Position numbers and translations under genes: made by a program. The notes under the pieces are model-generated. The model did not search any database. It worked only from the letters and a program-made list of their open reading frames with translations, and was not told the origin of the DNA. Positions 26,990 through 41,345 of a DNA stretch of 64,000 bases are shown in pieces (position 1 is the stretch's first letter; each line of letters starts with the position of its first letter). Source of the stretch: Octopus vulgaris (Eukaryota); the NCBI GenBank assembly GCA_951406725.2, contig OX597822.1, positions 108,004,001-108,068,000 on the forward strand, read 5' to 3'.

Positions 26990-27190
26990 AATAACTCTAA
27001 AATGGATTTACAACTTCAATACCCATACCTATCTTGCATCTATTTTCTTTCCTCCACCTCACTCTCCATTTTATATCACATCTAAACTAACTATCACTTA
27101 ACTTTCCTCTCACACCGTCTGCGATAAAGAGATATAATTAATAAATATCCTAGAAACAGCTGCACATCATCCTGAATAAATATTTTTTCG
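26990..27190 (+). mobile_element. Degenerate PLE pLTR-like fragment with a decayed hammerhead, same family as 55030-55355
   Basis: ATCTTGCATCTATTTTCTTT...CACATCTAAA is shared with 55283-55345; GCGATAA...ATCCTAGAAACAGCTG matches the 55073 motif. Confidence 0.6.
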
Positions 27191-27805
27191 TTCGTTATAA
27201 TATGAGATATTCATTGCAGTTAAGTTTAAAGTTGTTTCAAATTCGTTTTGTTGTTGAATCATAATGGAACAATTGTGGTTGTCACACTCAATATATACTT
27301 TTGTCTCTTAACGTTTGTTTAACGATAATACTTTAGTGAAAACAGATTGCGAAATCTTTCAAATGAATTAAACGATTATCTATGAGATACTGACAACTAT
27401 TCAACTGACTGTACGATTCTTCAAAAACTGGTTTTAAACCAAAATCGAATAAAATATTTTGATATTATCTATAAAGAGAATCTTAAGTTGCACTCCAAAT
27501 ATACACGATAAACTCTTCCATTAACAGTTAGATGTACACACAAAAAATCTAATATTTGCATGATCTGAAGCCAAGGTATTTTAGGACTGTGAAATGGGCT
27601 AATATGTATTTGGCTCAGTCACTTGTACTCTAAATCTATCTTTATTCAACATTTGCACGTGCCAGAAAATATTGATCGGGAATCACCAGCGATTTGAAGT
27701 GGCAATTTTCTGTTACTACCTACCCTCTATCACCCGCCAAACAGACCCTGTCAGTTAAAGTGAGTATTAAAATAACATATATACGTATAAATATATATAT
27801 ATATG

Positions 27806-27861
<56 letters not shown>

Positions 27862-28381
27862 AACAAATATAGTCTATTCTGGTGACAACATATCATTCAA
27901 CTGTTCTTGCCGCTCCGATGATTCGCCTTGGCGGAATATTTAATAATAGTCGTCTTCATATTGAAAGTGAAGTTGACAAATTGCAATTTATGTAATTTTC
28001 CAGCAGGAAATTATATACTGTTTTCTCTAACAGAAAAAAAAAATCATTCATTCCTCAAATATGGATTATACACACAAATACACAAAAACATATACATACT
28101 AACACATACACCCGTCCAACATCAAACAGAGAAAAATAAACAAAAAGACTTCACACACACACTCGCACATATATATAATAAATTTGTATGTTATAAAAAT
28201 TAAGAGTACTATCTATTCATAATCTTGAGCATAGCATATATTTAAGTGTCGGAAATTTATGACTGCTCTTGTAATCACAGAAGTAATCTATTGATTTGAT
28301 TGCAAGAAAAGATTATAAAGACATTTATACTCTGTGATGGAAGACATTCACATAAGATCGATAAATTCCCGGTATGTGTTT

Positions 28382-28382
28382 A

Positions 28383-28413
<31 letters not shown>

Positions 28414-29720
28414 TACACACACACACACACATGCACGCACACACTCACACTCATATGCATAACTCACACACAAACATATACACACACTTCACACACGCAC
28501 GCACACACTCACACTCATATGCATAACTCACACACACACATATACACACACGCACACACTCACACACGCACGCACACACTCACACTCATATGCATAACTC
28601 ACACACACAAACATATACACACACGCACACACTCACACACGCATGCACACACTCACACTCATATGCATAACTCACACACAAACATATACACACACTTCAC
28701 ACACGCACGCACACACTCACACTCATATGCATAACTCACACACACAAACATATACACACACGCACACACTCACACACGCACGCACACACTCACACTCATA
28801 TGCATAACTCACACACACAAACATATACACACACGCACACACTCACACACGCATGCACACACTCACACTCATATGCATAACTCACACACACAAACATATA
28901 CACACACGCACACACACACTCACGCACACACTCACACTCATATGCATAACTCACACACACAAACATATACACACACGCACACACTCACACACGCATGCAC
29001 ACACTCACACTCATATGCATAACTCACACACACAAACATATACACACACGCACACACTCACACACGCACGCACACACTCACACTCATATGCATAACTCAC
29101 ACACACAAACATATACACACACGCACACACTCACACACGCATGCACACACTCACACTCATATGCATAACTCACACACACAAACATATACACACACGCACA
29201 CACACACTCACGCACACACTCACACTCATATGCATAACTCACACACACAAATATATACACATACGCACACACTCACACACGCATGCACACACTCACACTC
29301 ATATGCATAACTCACACACACAAACATATACACACACGCACACACTCACACACGCACGCACATACTCACACTCATATGCATGACTCACACACTCAAACAT
29401 ATACACACACGCACGCACATACTCACACTCATATGCATAACTCACACACACAAACATATACACATACGCACACACTCACACACGCATGCACACACTCACA
29501 CTCATATGCATAACTCACACACACACAAACATATACACACACGCACACACTCACACACGCACGCACATACTCACACTCATATGCATGACTCACACACTCA
29601 AACATATACACACACGCACGCACACACTCACACTCATATGCATGACTCACACACTCAAACATATACACACACGCACGCACACACACAAATACACACACAC
29701 ATACACCCACCCCACACATA
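28382..29720. repeat. CA-rich minisatellite, ~56-74 bp units (about 18) with a 288 bp higher-order repeat
   Basis: Recurring CACACTCACACTCATATGCATAACTCACACACACAAACATATACAC; near-identical ORFs offset by 288 bp (28853/29141, 28796/29084). Confidence 0.9.
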
Positions 29721-29823
29721 TATATAATGTTGTTTGTTTTTATATCATAACGAAAATAATTTTACCTTAAACTGAAGCATTACTCAATACTTTAGAGAAT
29801 AAAATTATTTTTAATATGAATAG

Positions 29824-30270
29824 TACGAGGGTTAGGTGAAATGTTCAATGCTAGATCAAGTTATTCGTACGGAATGCGATGAGATGAGGTTTATTTTTTA
29901 ATATAGTCCCCTTTGCGGTCCGCATATTTCTGCCCTCGGTATTGAAGTGTTTGGATCCTATTGGTTAAGCTTTGATCCTGTTGGTCACAAAAGTAACCAG
30001 CAGCAGATATTACGTTATCATCACTGTGATGCAGGTTCTCGGCCCAATGTTTTTTTTTCCTATTGGGGCTCAGAAAATAGCCAGATGAGACCAAATTAGA
30101 AGAATAGGGAGGTTGATCAAATAGTTCGAGGCTACACTACCACACAACAGTTACTAAAACGAAGGAATTGCGTTTTGGAACATTACCCTGGGGAAACAAG
30201 CCCCCTTTCGTCAATCTTCCTTAGCGTTTGCTCTTGGTAAGTTGATAGTCTTTATATATAAAAGACATTA
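29824..30270 (-). pseudogene. Mariner transposase C-terminal relic with a terminal repeat
   Basis: DQPPYSSNLVSSGYFL (degenerate HPPYSPDLAPSDYFL) and KGDYIKK end; TACGAGGG terminal motif at 29824. Confidence 0.7.
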
Positions 30271-30290
30271 ATAGCCTTTGTATACATATA

Positions 30291-30452
30291 GGCACAGGGA
30301 TGGCTGTGTGGAAAGTAGCTTGCTTACCAACCACATGATTCTGGGTTCAGTCCCACAGTGTGGAACCTTGGACGAGTGACTTCTACTATAACCTCGGGCC
30401 GACCAAAGCCCTGTGAGTGGATTTGGTAGACGGAAACTGAAAGAAGCTCGTC

Positions 30453-30509
<57 letters not shown>

Positions 30510-30722
30510 TGTGTGTGTGTTTCTGTGTGTGTGTGTTTTTTCCCCCAACATCACTTGACCACCGATGCTGGTGTGTTTACGTCCCTGTAACTTAGTGTTT
30601 CGGCCTAAGAGACCAGTCGAATAAGTACTAGGGTGCAAAGGATAAGTCCTGGGGTCGATTTGCTCGACTAAAGGTGGTGCTCCAGCATGGTGGCAGTCAC
30701 ATGACTGAAACACGTAAAAGAG
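30291..30722 (+). mobile_element. SINE family A, full length
   Basis: Same head, internal microsatellite and tail as the other copies. Confidence 0.85.
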
Positions 30723-30729
30723 TATATGC

Positions 30730-30769
<40 letters not shown>

Positions 30770-31253
30770 CTATTTTTAAATGCCGTATGTAAGGCTTGGT
30801 ATAAAGAACTGGCACGACGAAACTTCCTAGTTTAAGAATTACGAAGTAGATTTTGAATGTCATTCATTTTAGATCCCACATTTGTGTGTTGGATGGCAAC
30901 GTCGCTGTGGTTGCTTATTGTACAACATGCAAAAATGGGGTCCATTGCACATTTCATGAAGGTGATATTAGTTATATGCAGCCACCATATATTCAGAAAA
31001 GCTACATGTACAGCGACACTAATTAGTAAGTAGAAAATTATAGCATGATCTATATACACACACTGTAACTCCAGCGAGAGCGCATCAATGCCAAAGCTTG
31101 GATATTTCTCGGGTAATCTGTCGACATTTTTTTTCATGTGTAGAAGCTAAATTACATAAAATCTTAAACAAGACATAGTATAATCGGCAATTATTTGTTT
31201 CTCTTTTGCGTATTTCTGCATAGATACACGTGAACAAACTCACAGATATGTAT

Positions 31254-31286
<33 letters not shown>

Positions 31287-31343
31287 CATGCAAACATACA
31301 TGTGTGTATATATATACATATGTATGTATATATATATATATAC

Positions 31344-31374
<31 letters not shown>

Positions 31375-31399
31375 CATATATATATGTATATATATATAC

Positions 31400-31469
<70 letters not shown>

Positions 31470-32253
31470 ATATATATATACATATATATATATAATACGT
31501 ATGTGTAACACACACATGTGTATGTGTATGTATGTATATATTTACATACATATACATATACACACATACATACATACATACATACTTACATGCAGACAGA
31601 CAGACAGACAGACAGACATACACACACACACGCACACACATATATATTTATATATATATCAACAATCCATTACGTTGCCCTGAAAGGTTTCCCATTCCAA
31701 CATCAAACGTCAGACATTCGTGTTGGTGCATGTATCCTATTTTTTCTTTTGTTTTTTTATATCATGAGACGTTCGTCTCTGAAATAAATATTAGACATTT
31801 ATCAACGATCTTTAATTGACATAAAGGGGAAAGGTAAGTAAACTTCGTGGTTTGTAATCCCGAAAGCTTTCATTTCAGCTTGTAGTTTTGCATCCTAATG
31901 GTCTGAAGTTTGAATGTCTCTCACAGTTCTCTAAGATCTATCATTTTCTCCTCGGAGAATCGATATAGTGTACAATGGAAATATCAGTGGGATCAAGTTT
32001 ATAATTACATTGACGCAAACAACAGAGATGTGACTCAAGAATATTTTTTTTTTTGACGTAGTAATATAAACAAGCAATATCTCTAGAGAGAAACAAGTGA
32101 TACGATTTCAATTGTAGTATAGCATTAATATAATCATGTATGCACCTGTGCTAGTCTCTAAAACCTGGCAGCTTTAATCTCGCTCAACTTTTGAACGCCA
32201 CGAAATGCAAAAGCGAAAAATTCTTTTCTTGTTGTCCTTGTTGTAATTGTTAC

Positions 32254-32399
<146 letters not shown>

Positions 32400-32400
<1 letters not shown>

Positions 32401-32720
32401 TAAAGCGCCGAGATATTAGATTGTTTGTCGTGTATGATAATAATGCTTAGTGGTATTTCGTTTATCTTTATGTTCTGAGTTCAAATTCCGCCGAGGTCGA
32501 CTTTGCCTTTCATCTTTTCGGGGCTCCATGAAATAAGTACCAGTAAAGCACTGGGATCGACGTCATCAACTAGCCTATCAACTTGCCCCCACCCCGCCAA
32601 AATTTTATACTTCCTACCTATATCAGAAAGGATTGTTATAATTATTTTTAAGCTGGCGAAGCGGCAAAATAAATTGCGTGCCGAGCACAATATTTAAAGG
32701 TATTTCATCAGTTTTTATTA
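32400..32720 (+). mobile_element. SINE family B, degenerate, followed by a second head fragment
   Basis: GTTCTGAGTTCAAATTCCGCCGAGGTCGACTTTGCCTTTCATC. Confidence 0.75.
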
Positions 32721-33649
32721 TTAACTGTATTAGGTTTTCCTTAAACATGGAAGCACTGAGTTTTAAACGAAAGAAGAAAAGTTAGTAGTAAAGCATCCGT
32801 TACTTTCACTAAGGTGTTGTTATTTCGACCAACTGAGAGCCTAAATATTAATGCTATAAATCGGTAATTGCAAAGCTTTACAATATCGAGCACTGTAAAT
32901 TTTCATAAGGACTCAACATCAAAGATATAAATTCATCTTTCAAAAGGTCGTTGTTACAACCGGAATGGCGTTAATCTAATCCTTTACAATCAACATTTGT
33001 ATACATAAAATAATTACTTGAAATATGTAATTTTGTACTTAATAATTCTATTAGGTTAAGCACTGTTTTGAAGAAAATTATTGAAAAATTAAATATTGGA
33101 AAGTCCTCTTACAATGAAGACTAGCTCTGCTTGTGTATATCATGCCATGTTTTTGACCATTTTAAATGTCAAATTCAATAATTTGGATAATTTTGTTATT
33201 GATGTAGGAATTAGCTATTGGTAACACAACATGATACATTTTCTTTGGAATTTATTTGGAATGTTATTACTCCGTGTGTTAATTTCCTTCGGTAATGAAT
33301 TTTATTTGTTAGCTATTTTTATTATCTTAATTAGATTATTCTCCAGGCAATGCTAAACTGAAGTTCTTTATCGATAATAATTCGTTTAGAGAGTCACCTA
33401 TAGTTCATAAATAACACTCAAAATAATGACTTCATGTAGAGAACATTCGAGAAGTCTTTTTTTTTTTTAAAGAAGTTAACACTTGGCAGACAATAAACTA
33501 TAGAATAATTAAAAACAAAAACACCGTCAAACAAACACAAAATCAAACATAAACCTTAGAATACAAAAACAAACAAGGAAGAAATGTAATTAAGTTTAAA
33601 AGAAAAAATGAAGAAAGTGTATACAATAATGTGTATAATGGAGAGACTA

Positions 33650-34000
33650 TTGCGACGATGGCGACGACGGCGACAATCATTATAATAATGATGATGAAGA
33701 TGGTGGTGGTGGTGGTGATGCATATGGTGATGCTGATTGTGATGAGGATTGTGATGAGGATGAGGGGACAGAGGACATGGGTGCAGGCGAAAACTATAAT
33801 GATGATTATGATGCTGCTGCTGCTGAAGACGACGAGGAAGATGATAATTATAAGGATATAATTAGGATGAGGTTGAATGTGACGACGGCGAGAAACATGA
33901 TGAGGAGGAGGAGGAAGTAGAGAAAGAGAATGAAAATGAAGCTGAGGATGATGATGATAACGGTAACAATGGTGAAAGAAACGGTGGGAAGATGATGAAA
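33650..34000. repeat. Degenerate GAT/GAC/GGT trinucleotide low-complexity tract
   Basis: Read directly from the sequence. Confidence 0.85.
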
Positions 34001-34597
34001 GAAATGAAAATAGAAAAAAAGTTATTGCAAAACTTTGAGTAGCAACCCTAAGTGAAATAATGTAATGCAATTCACAGAGCAATAAATGTAATATGACGAT
34101 GGAGACGTTATTACAGGCAGATTAGAGGAGGGTAAAATTGGAGGAAGAAATGAAGGCCAAGACAAGAATAAAATAAGCAGTCTCCAGAAAAAATAAAATA
34201 TTGATACGCGAAACATTGGAGACATGCTTAAAAAACAATAATTAAAATAATTAATTAAATATTATTACTTTTTTGCCATGTGGTTCATCTAGTGATAATA
34301 GAATATGCAGACAACCAGCATTTTGAGACACGAGTTACTCAAGGCGCTCTCCAAAATTATGTTTATAGTTATATCGATATAAAGTAGATAGAGGGAGAGT
34401 GAGAGAGGGGAGAGAGAGAGAGATAAAAAGAGAGAGAGAGAAAGAGAGAGAGAGAAAGAGAGAGAGAGAGTGATTTAACATCGTTATATAGGGTTGATAT
34501 CTCTCAGGGAAAGGTTATGTGTGGTTAGACACGTTATTGTTAAATGTCGGAGAGCCGTTTACTGGAGATAAGATTATTAAGGAACATAACCTTTAAC

Positions 34598-34955
34598 TTC
34601 TTTTCATTTCACTTGTTTCAATTCTTGATCTGTGTCCATGATGGGGTTGCAACTTCAAAGCGTTTAGTCGAAGAATTCTAACCCAATGCTTATTATTATT
34701 TTTTTTTTAAATTTTGTACTTATTCTATCGATGTCTTATATTCTTAAATCTTTATTTGGCGAACTGATAAGTTACAGGGACGTAAACAAACCAACATCAG
34801 CTACCAAGCGGTAAGTGGACGAAGAAACATACCTATGTATACGACAAGCTTCGTTATTTAATCATCCGCCAGCCAAATCTCCTCTGAAGGCTTTGGTTGG
34901 ATGAGCTATAATAGAAGACTGAACAGGGAACAATGTGATTGGGAGGGAAACTTCT
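34598..34955 (-). mobile_element. SINE family A, degenerate
   Basis: AAGTTACAGGGACGTAAACAAACCAACATC and related reverse-complement matches. Confidence 0.65.
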
Positions 34956-35069
34956 TACTACACTTTGCGCTTATAGTAAAGTGATGGAATGGACACGACT
35001 TTTTTTTTTATCCATATTTATTACTTTAAAATAAAATTAAATGCAATAATTTCTTTTCATTTCCTAACT

Positions 35070-35590
35070 CCTGCGTAACACTGATATTTACTTCCAATCT
35101 TCCTTCCACCGCCAGTCGCCATCCGGCATCTCTAATGATAATTGTCTCTTTCACTCCATATGTGCGCGACATAGGGATCTCATATCTAGATAACCAGCGC
35201 ATGAACTTGCAGCTGGGGCCCAGTTAGAATTTTTGTCAGGTCTGGTGGCCCATCCTGCTCAAAAGTTCCCTGAATAAGGGTAGTCCAAGAATGTTGAACG
35301 AAAGACCAATGTTTCCAAAAGTGGATTATCCAAGCCCCAAAGAATTCCTTTCGGCACATGGTTATGATGCTACCCCACTTCTACAGCTCGTGACTAGAGA
35401 TGCACACATCACCAGCCACAAATGGACATGCTCAAAGGTTAACATCAAACAACTGACAAGAATATCTTTGGTATTGAGCAGAAAATTTGTTGTAGACCAC
35501 CTAGACAAAATATTCTAGACGAAAAAACCTCCAATCAGTTAAGATCAGAAGCCATAACAGCTATTGTCCGGTACTGTATCAGGGTGCATT
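35070..35590. repeat. Unclassified GC-richer interspersed repeat fragment
   Basis: Compositional contrast with its flanks, ends at a TTA tract; no recognisable protein motif. Confidence 0.3.
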
Positions 35591-35639
35591 ATTATTATTA
35601 TAATTTTTATTATAATTACTACTAATATTATTATCATCA

Positions 35640-35730
<91 letters not shown>

Positions 35731-35734
<4 letters not shown>

Positions 35735-36069
35735 TAGTTTTATTTTTATAGCGTGCTTTCACTTCACTACCGAGCGCAGCTCTGTGTGCCTTGGGTATGT
35801 GCTGTGATTTGTTGTGATGCTCTGATGGTTATTGCATGGAAAGTGTTCTGCGTAGGATGTGTGCAGTGCCTAGTAGTGCAATTTTCTGTATGTTATATGT
35901 GTTTGTAAGTCCTGGTGTCTTTGTTATGTATTTGTCTGAATATTTTTTTATCATGCCTAATGCACCTATTATGATAGGAATTGTTTCTGTTTTCAGGTTC
36001 CACATTCTAGTTACCTCTATTTCCAGGTCTTTGTATTTTGAGAGTTTCTCCATTTCTTTTAGAGACACG

Positions 36070-36070
<1 letters not shown>
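35731..36070 (-). mobile_element. 5'-truncated R4/Dong-type non-LTR retrotransposon 3' end (restriction-like endonuclease tail + 3' UTR) inserted in (TAA)n
   Basis: ORF 35829-36068 EKLSKYKDLEIEVTRMW...IPIIIGALG...IQKIALLGTAHILRRTL is the typical RLE C-terminus; long (TTA)n on both flanks. Confidence 0.85.
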
Positions 36071-36143
<73 letters not shown>

Positions 36144-36395
36144 ATATACAGATAGAGGTAGATATAGATATAAGTATATATGTATTTGTGAGTGTGTGTC
36201 TGTTTGTGTCTCTCACTCTCCTCTCCATCTCTTCCCTCGACATACAAGCACATATATAATTCATCAATTCATGCATTTTTCTGAATACGTTAATTACTGT
36301 ACATGACAGCGCTAGTAAACAGACATATCAATTAGTAGATGGATGAATATATATATATAGGGAGAGGGTTAGATAGATATAGATGTAGATAGATT

Positions 36396-36438
<43 letters not shown>

Positions 36439-36489
36439 GATAGATAGATAGATAGATTGATAGATAGGTAGGTAGGTACGTAGATAGGT

Positions 36490-36536
<47 letters not shown>

Positions 36537-36552
36537 CATATACATATACATA

Positions 36553-36712
36553 GGCGCAGGAGTGGCTGTGTGGTAAATAGCTTGTTTACCAACCACATGG
36601 TTCCTGGTTCAGTCCCACTGCGTGGCACCTTGGGCAAGTGTCTTGTACCTAGCCTCGGGCCAACTAAAGCCTTGTGAGTGGATTTGGTAGACGGAAACTG
36701 AAAGAGCTTGTC

Positions 36713-36766
<54 letters not shown>

Positions 36767-36992
36767 GCGTGTGTGTGTTTGTGTGTCTGTGTTTGTCCCC
36801 CTAGCATTGCTTGACAACCGATGCTGGTGTGTTTATGTCCCCGTTACCTAGCGGTTCCGCAAAAGAGACCGATAGAATAAGTACTGGGCTTACAAAAGAA
36901 TAAGTCCCGGGGTCGCGTTGCTCGATTAAAGGCGGTGCTCCAGCATGGCCGCTGTCAAATGACTGAAAGAAGTAAAAGAGTAAAAGAGAAAA

Positions 36993-36993
<1 letters not shown>
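36553..36993 (+). mobile_element. SINE family A, full length, inside a (GATA)n/(TA)n tract
   Basis: GGCGCAGGAGTGGCTGTGTGG head to GTAAAAGAG tail. Confidence 0.88.
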
Positions 36994-37088
<95 letters not shown>

Positions 37089-37766
37089 GTATACACACTG
37101 AGAGCTAGGCGGATGTGTAGATACAAATGGTTGATAATTTATAATGATATACTGACTGATAATCTGTAGAGCTAGCACAAAAGGAATTCGCCTGTCAGAT
37201 CATTGAGTGTGTAACACCATACATCTCTATCATGTTCTCCCTCTTCATTCGAATGATTTATAATTTGTATTCCCGGGTTTAATGTGCTTCTTGAAAAGAC
37301 GAGATTTGTGTATGTTTACACGACCGTTTGCTCATTGGGATTCGTGCATGCATGTATGTATGTATGTATATATATTATGTATGTGCGTTTCTGTGTGCAT
37401 GTGTGTATATATGTATACGTGAGTGTGTTTATGTGCTGTGTGTTTGTGCAACTAAGATTGCTTGCAATGTTGTCGCAGCTTTTCCTTCTAATGTTATTAT
37501 ACGTAGCTACGAAAACGTAGGAACTGATGTAGGGCATTTGAGATAAATATATTCGTGGCTAACCTTTTGGTACATACATTCGATACATCAATACATTGAT
37601 AATGAGTAAGATAAACTGATGCATGTCCTTTATATAAGTAGTGTAGATAGATACATGTATAAATACATTGATTTATGGATGAAAAGACAGACAGGTGGAC
37701 ATTCCATGTAAGCAGGTTACATAAAACTGAGGCAGGGTATATATGCAGGTAGATAATATAGAGATA

Positions 37767-38370
37767 GGCGTGACCCTGTTGTAAGAAACTTGTTTCTCAA
37801 TCACAGTTCTCAGAGTTCGATCCTACTGCGTAGCAACTTAGGCAAGTGACTTCCTATTGTCTGGGGGCCAACCAAAACCATGTGAGTGGATTTGATGGAC
37901 GGAGATTGAAAGAAGCACATCGTATATATATATATATATATATATATTTATCCGTGTGTTTCTCTGTGTCTGTCTCCCACCACCAACAACAACAACTACA
38001 ACAACAACGCATGACAATCTTTGCTGTGAGCTGGCAGAAACGTTAGCATGTCAGGCGAAATGCTTAGTGGTATTTCGTCCGCCGCTGCGTTCTGAGTTCT
38101 TATTCCGCCGAGGTCGACTTTGCCTTTCATCCTTTCGGGGTCGATAAATTCAGTACCAGCTACGCACTTGGGTCGATGTAATCGACTTAATACCTATGCT
38201 TGTCCTTGTTTATCCCCTCTGTGTTTGTGTGTAATAAAAAAAAATATGCATTTACGTTCTCGTAAGCTAGCGGTTCGGAAAAGTGAGCTATACAACAATT
38301 ACCAGGTTTTTTAAAAGATATAAGCACTAGCCGCAATCAAATGACTGAAACAAGTGAAAGATAAAAGATA
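37767..38370 (+). mobile_element. Degenerate SINE family A interrupted by a family B copy
   Basis: Head at 37767-37925, tail at 38255-38370. Confidence 0.65.
38026..38235 (+). mobile_element. SINE family B
   Basis: Matches 6105-6333. Confidence 0.85.
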
Positions 38371-38756
38371 TAACTACGGACATTGATAGATGGATAGAAA
38401 GAAAGATAGAGATATAGACGCACACCCACAAACAACACAAACGTACAGAAAAAGAAAGACAGAGAGATTGAGAGAAATTAAGAGAGAGAAAGGGAGTGAA
38501 AGAGGGGTACTCCACTTACAGGCGATAAGTAAATCTGTTGGTAGGGCGAATGATATTGGACCAATTAATGATGTATAGACTGACAGATAGCTTCAAGTTA
38601 CCGATAAGCATATGTTTATTACTAAACATATACGTTTATATTTCTATATCAAGAGAACATAGATCGTTGCGATAGTTGAAGATAAGGAGGAGGAAATTTA
38701 AAATAGAGTTTCAGTGTATTCAATTCACTCAATCAACAACTTAATAATTTATTTTC

Positions 38757-38923
38757 CAGGAGTGGTTGTGTGGTAAGTAGCTTGCTAACCAACCACATGG
38801 TTGCGGGTTCAGTCCCACTGCGTGGCATCTTGGGCAAGTGTCTTCTGCTATAGCCCCGGGCCGACCAATGCCTTGTGAGTGGATTTGGTAGACGGAAACT
38901 GATAGAAGCCTGTCGTATATATG

Positions 38924-38960
<37 letters not shown>

Positions 38961-39180
38961 TTGTGTGTCTGTGTTTGTCCCCCTAGCATTGTTTGACAAC
39001 CGATGCTGGTGTGTTTACGTCCCCGTCACTTAGCGGTTCGGCAAAATACACCGATAGAATAAGTACTGGGCTTAGAAAAGAATAAGTCCCGGGGTCTATT
39101 TGATCGACTAAAGGTGGTGCTCCAGCATGGCCGCAGTCAAATGACTGAAACAAGTATAAGAGTTAAAGAGTAAGAGTAAA
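38757..39180 (+). mobile_element. SINE family A
   Basis: Near-consensus copy. Confidence 0.88.
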
Positions 39181-39417
39181 ATGTATTCTATATTTTTACA
39201 AATGTTATGCTTAGAATCTCGGAGATTACGATTCTGGTAACTTTGATTTTTCGTTTCGGAAATTGCGAAATAATTTTCCAAATCGTGTGGTAACAATTCA
39301 CGCATCCTTTTGCGCATCTCAATTTTCACATTTTAACAAATTTCTATTTCAGACGGTAAACTACTAAATACCTGATTATAAGAAACACACACATACGAAT
39401 AAATACACACACACAGA

Positions 39418-39850
39418 GGCGCAGGAGTGGCTGTGTGGTAAGTAGCTTGCTTACCAACCACATTGTTCTGGGTTCAGTCCCACTGCGTGGCACTTTGGGC
39501 AATTGTCTCGTAATATAGCCTCGGGCCGACCAAAGCCTTGTGAGTGGATTTGGTAGACGGAAACTGAAGGAAGCCTGTCATGTGTATGTATATATATATA
39601 TATATGCGTGTGTGTGTGTGTGTTTGTGTGTCTGTGTTTGTCCTCCCCAAATCGCTTAACAACCGATGCTGGTGTGTTCATGTCCCCGTAACTTAGCAGT
39701 TCGGCAAAAGGGACCGATTGAATAAGTACTAGGCTTACAAAGAATAAGTTCTGATGTCGATTTGCTCGACTAAAGGCGGTGCTCCAGCATGGCCACAGTC
39801 AAATGACTGAAACAAGTAAAATAAAAGAAAAAAGAAAGAAAATAAAAGAA
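39418..39850 (+). mobile_element. SINE family A, full length
   Basis: Near-consensus copy. Confidence 0.88.
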
Positions 39851-39855
39851 ACACA

Positions 39856-40390
39856 AGCTGGCTACTGAAACATGGTCTGTGACCGTATACTGTGAGCAAG
39901 GGAATCTATTGCTCCCTTTCTAGCCGTAGCAATACATGTAGATCGCCGGCTAGTGATAGCACTCACTCACTCATGCTCGAAATATATACTTTTAAAATCG
40001 GCACACAGTTACTGATTTCGTGAAGAGAATACTAGTTTTAAATCTCTGAGCGAGAAATATATTATAACAGTTCCAAGCAGTAAAGAATATTTGCCAACGC
40101 CACGTGCCAAAGCTACGTGCCAATATTACTACATTTTAGCCCCAGGAAAACATCTTTACGAGCTGGCCACTGACACATATTCTGTGTCTTTATACTTTGA
40201 GCAAGGGAGTCTATTGTCCCTTTTCTAGCCGAGCGATGCACGCAGACCAATGGATTCAGGGTGATTTTCCTTCCTCGGTACAAGAAAACCGTTGGCTTGA
40301 GATAGCAGCCACTTACTCTTGCTCACAGTATATATGTTTAAAGTGACACACAGTCGCTGATCTCGTAAAGTGAAAACTAGTTTTAATCGC
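39856..40390 (+). repeat. Diverged direct duplication (39856-40045 vs 40160-40390)
   Basis: GAGCAAGGGAATCTATTGCTCCCTTTCTAGCCG vs GAGCAAGGGAGTCTATTGTCCCTTTTCTAGCCG; CACACAGT...CTCGT/TTCGT...ACTAGTTTT shared. Confidence 0.75.
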
Positions 40391-41345
40391 GTATATGTGT
40401 GTGTGTGTGAGTGTGTGTGAGTCTGTGTGTGTGTGTGCATTGAGATAGATAGAGAGAGATATATGTGTTATGTATAATTACAATTGGACATTAAACTGAA
40501 GGATTAGACACTACTTTTTATTATAACACTTATACATTAACTTCTGGTTTGCTTGCTTTTATTTGCTTGTATTTATATCAGTTCATTATGTCTCTATATA
40601 CAATGACAAATTGTTTTCTTGACTTGGTGGAGCTTCGTGAACGATGATTTAGCGTAGTATATACAAGAGAAGCAGCTATGTAAAAAATGGAGATAGGGTG
40701 AATATGAGGAAGATATGTTTGCAGTGTATAATATTATGGAAAGTTATTGAGAGGAGATTTATAAATCGAGAGATATAAAATATTGATATAACTGTACACA
40801 AATTTACTTACGTTTTCTACTTCGATGACATTGTCTGCATAAACGTATTCGTTTACGAAACATCGTGACTAGATTAACTGGAAAGTGAACACACCGGACT
40901 GGTACCAAAAGGTACGTGAATGTTCAGTTGTCCATCTTTAATATACTCGGTAGTATAGTCGGGTTGCTAAGTAAAATATTTGTCCTTGGCAGCTATTAAT
41001 ATGTAGTTACCAGTCGTCAGGAATGTGTTTCGTTTGTATATTGTGCTATCCACTTGTGTTACATCGTTAAACATTGTGGGCATTTAAGTAATGTGATTGT
41101 GGATATTTGATGTGTTTTATTTGGTGTTGATGAAAGAGCAGTAAAACTTGATATATATATACACACCGGTTACCTATATTTTCTATCTTCGATTGCATTT
41201 TTTTACATAAGCGTATTCGTATACGAAACGACGCAACTTGCAGTGCTTTAGAAATTTAGCAAAATGAAAAGAATAAGATGTGTTCCAATATGGAATACAA
41301 CTATAAACATGATATTGAAAAGCCTTTAAAAATAAAATAAAAAAA

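Noticed and set aside
28382-29720. Regularly spaced repeats resembling a CRISPR array
   Set aside because: No unique spacers, eukaryotic context, no cas genes; it is a minisatellite
36553-36625. tRNA-like A and B boxes
   Set aside because: SINE head with no complete cloverleaf; not a tRNA gene
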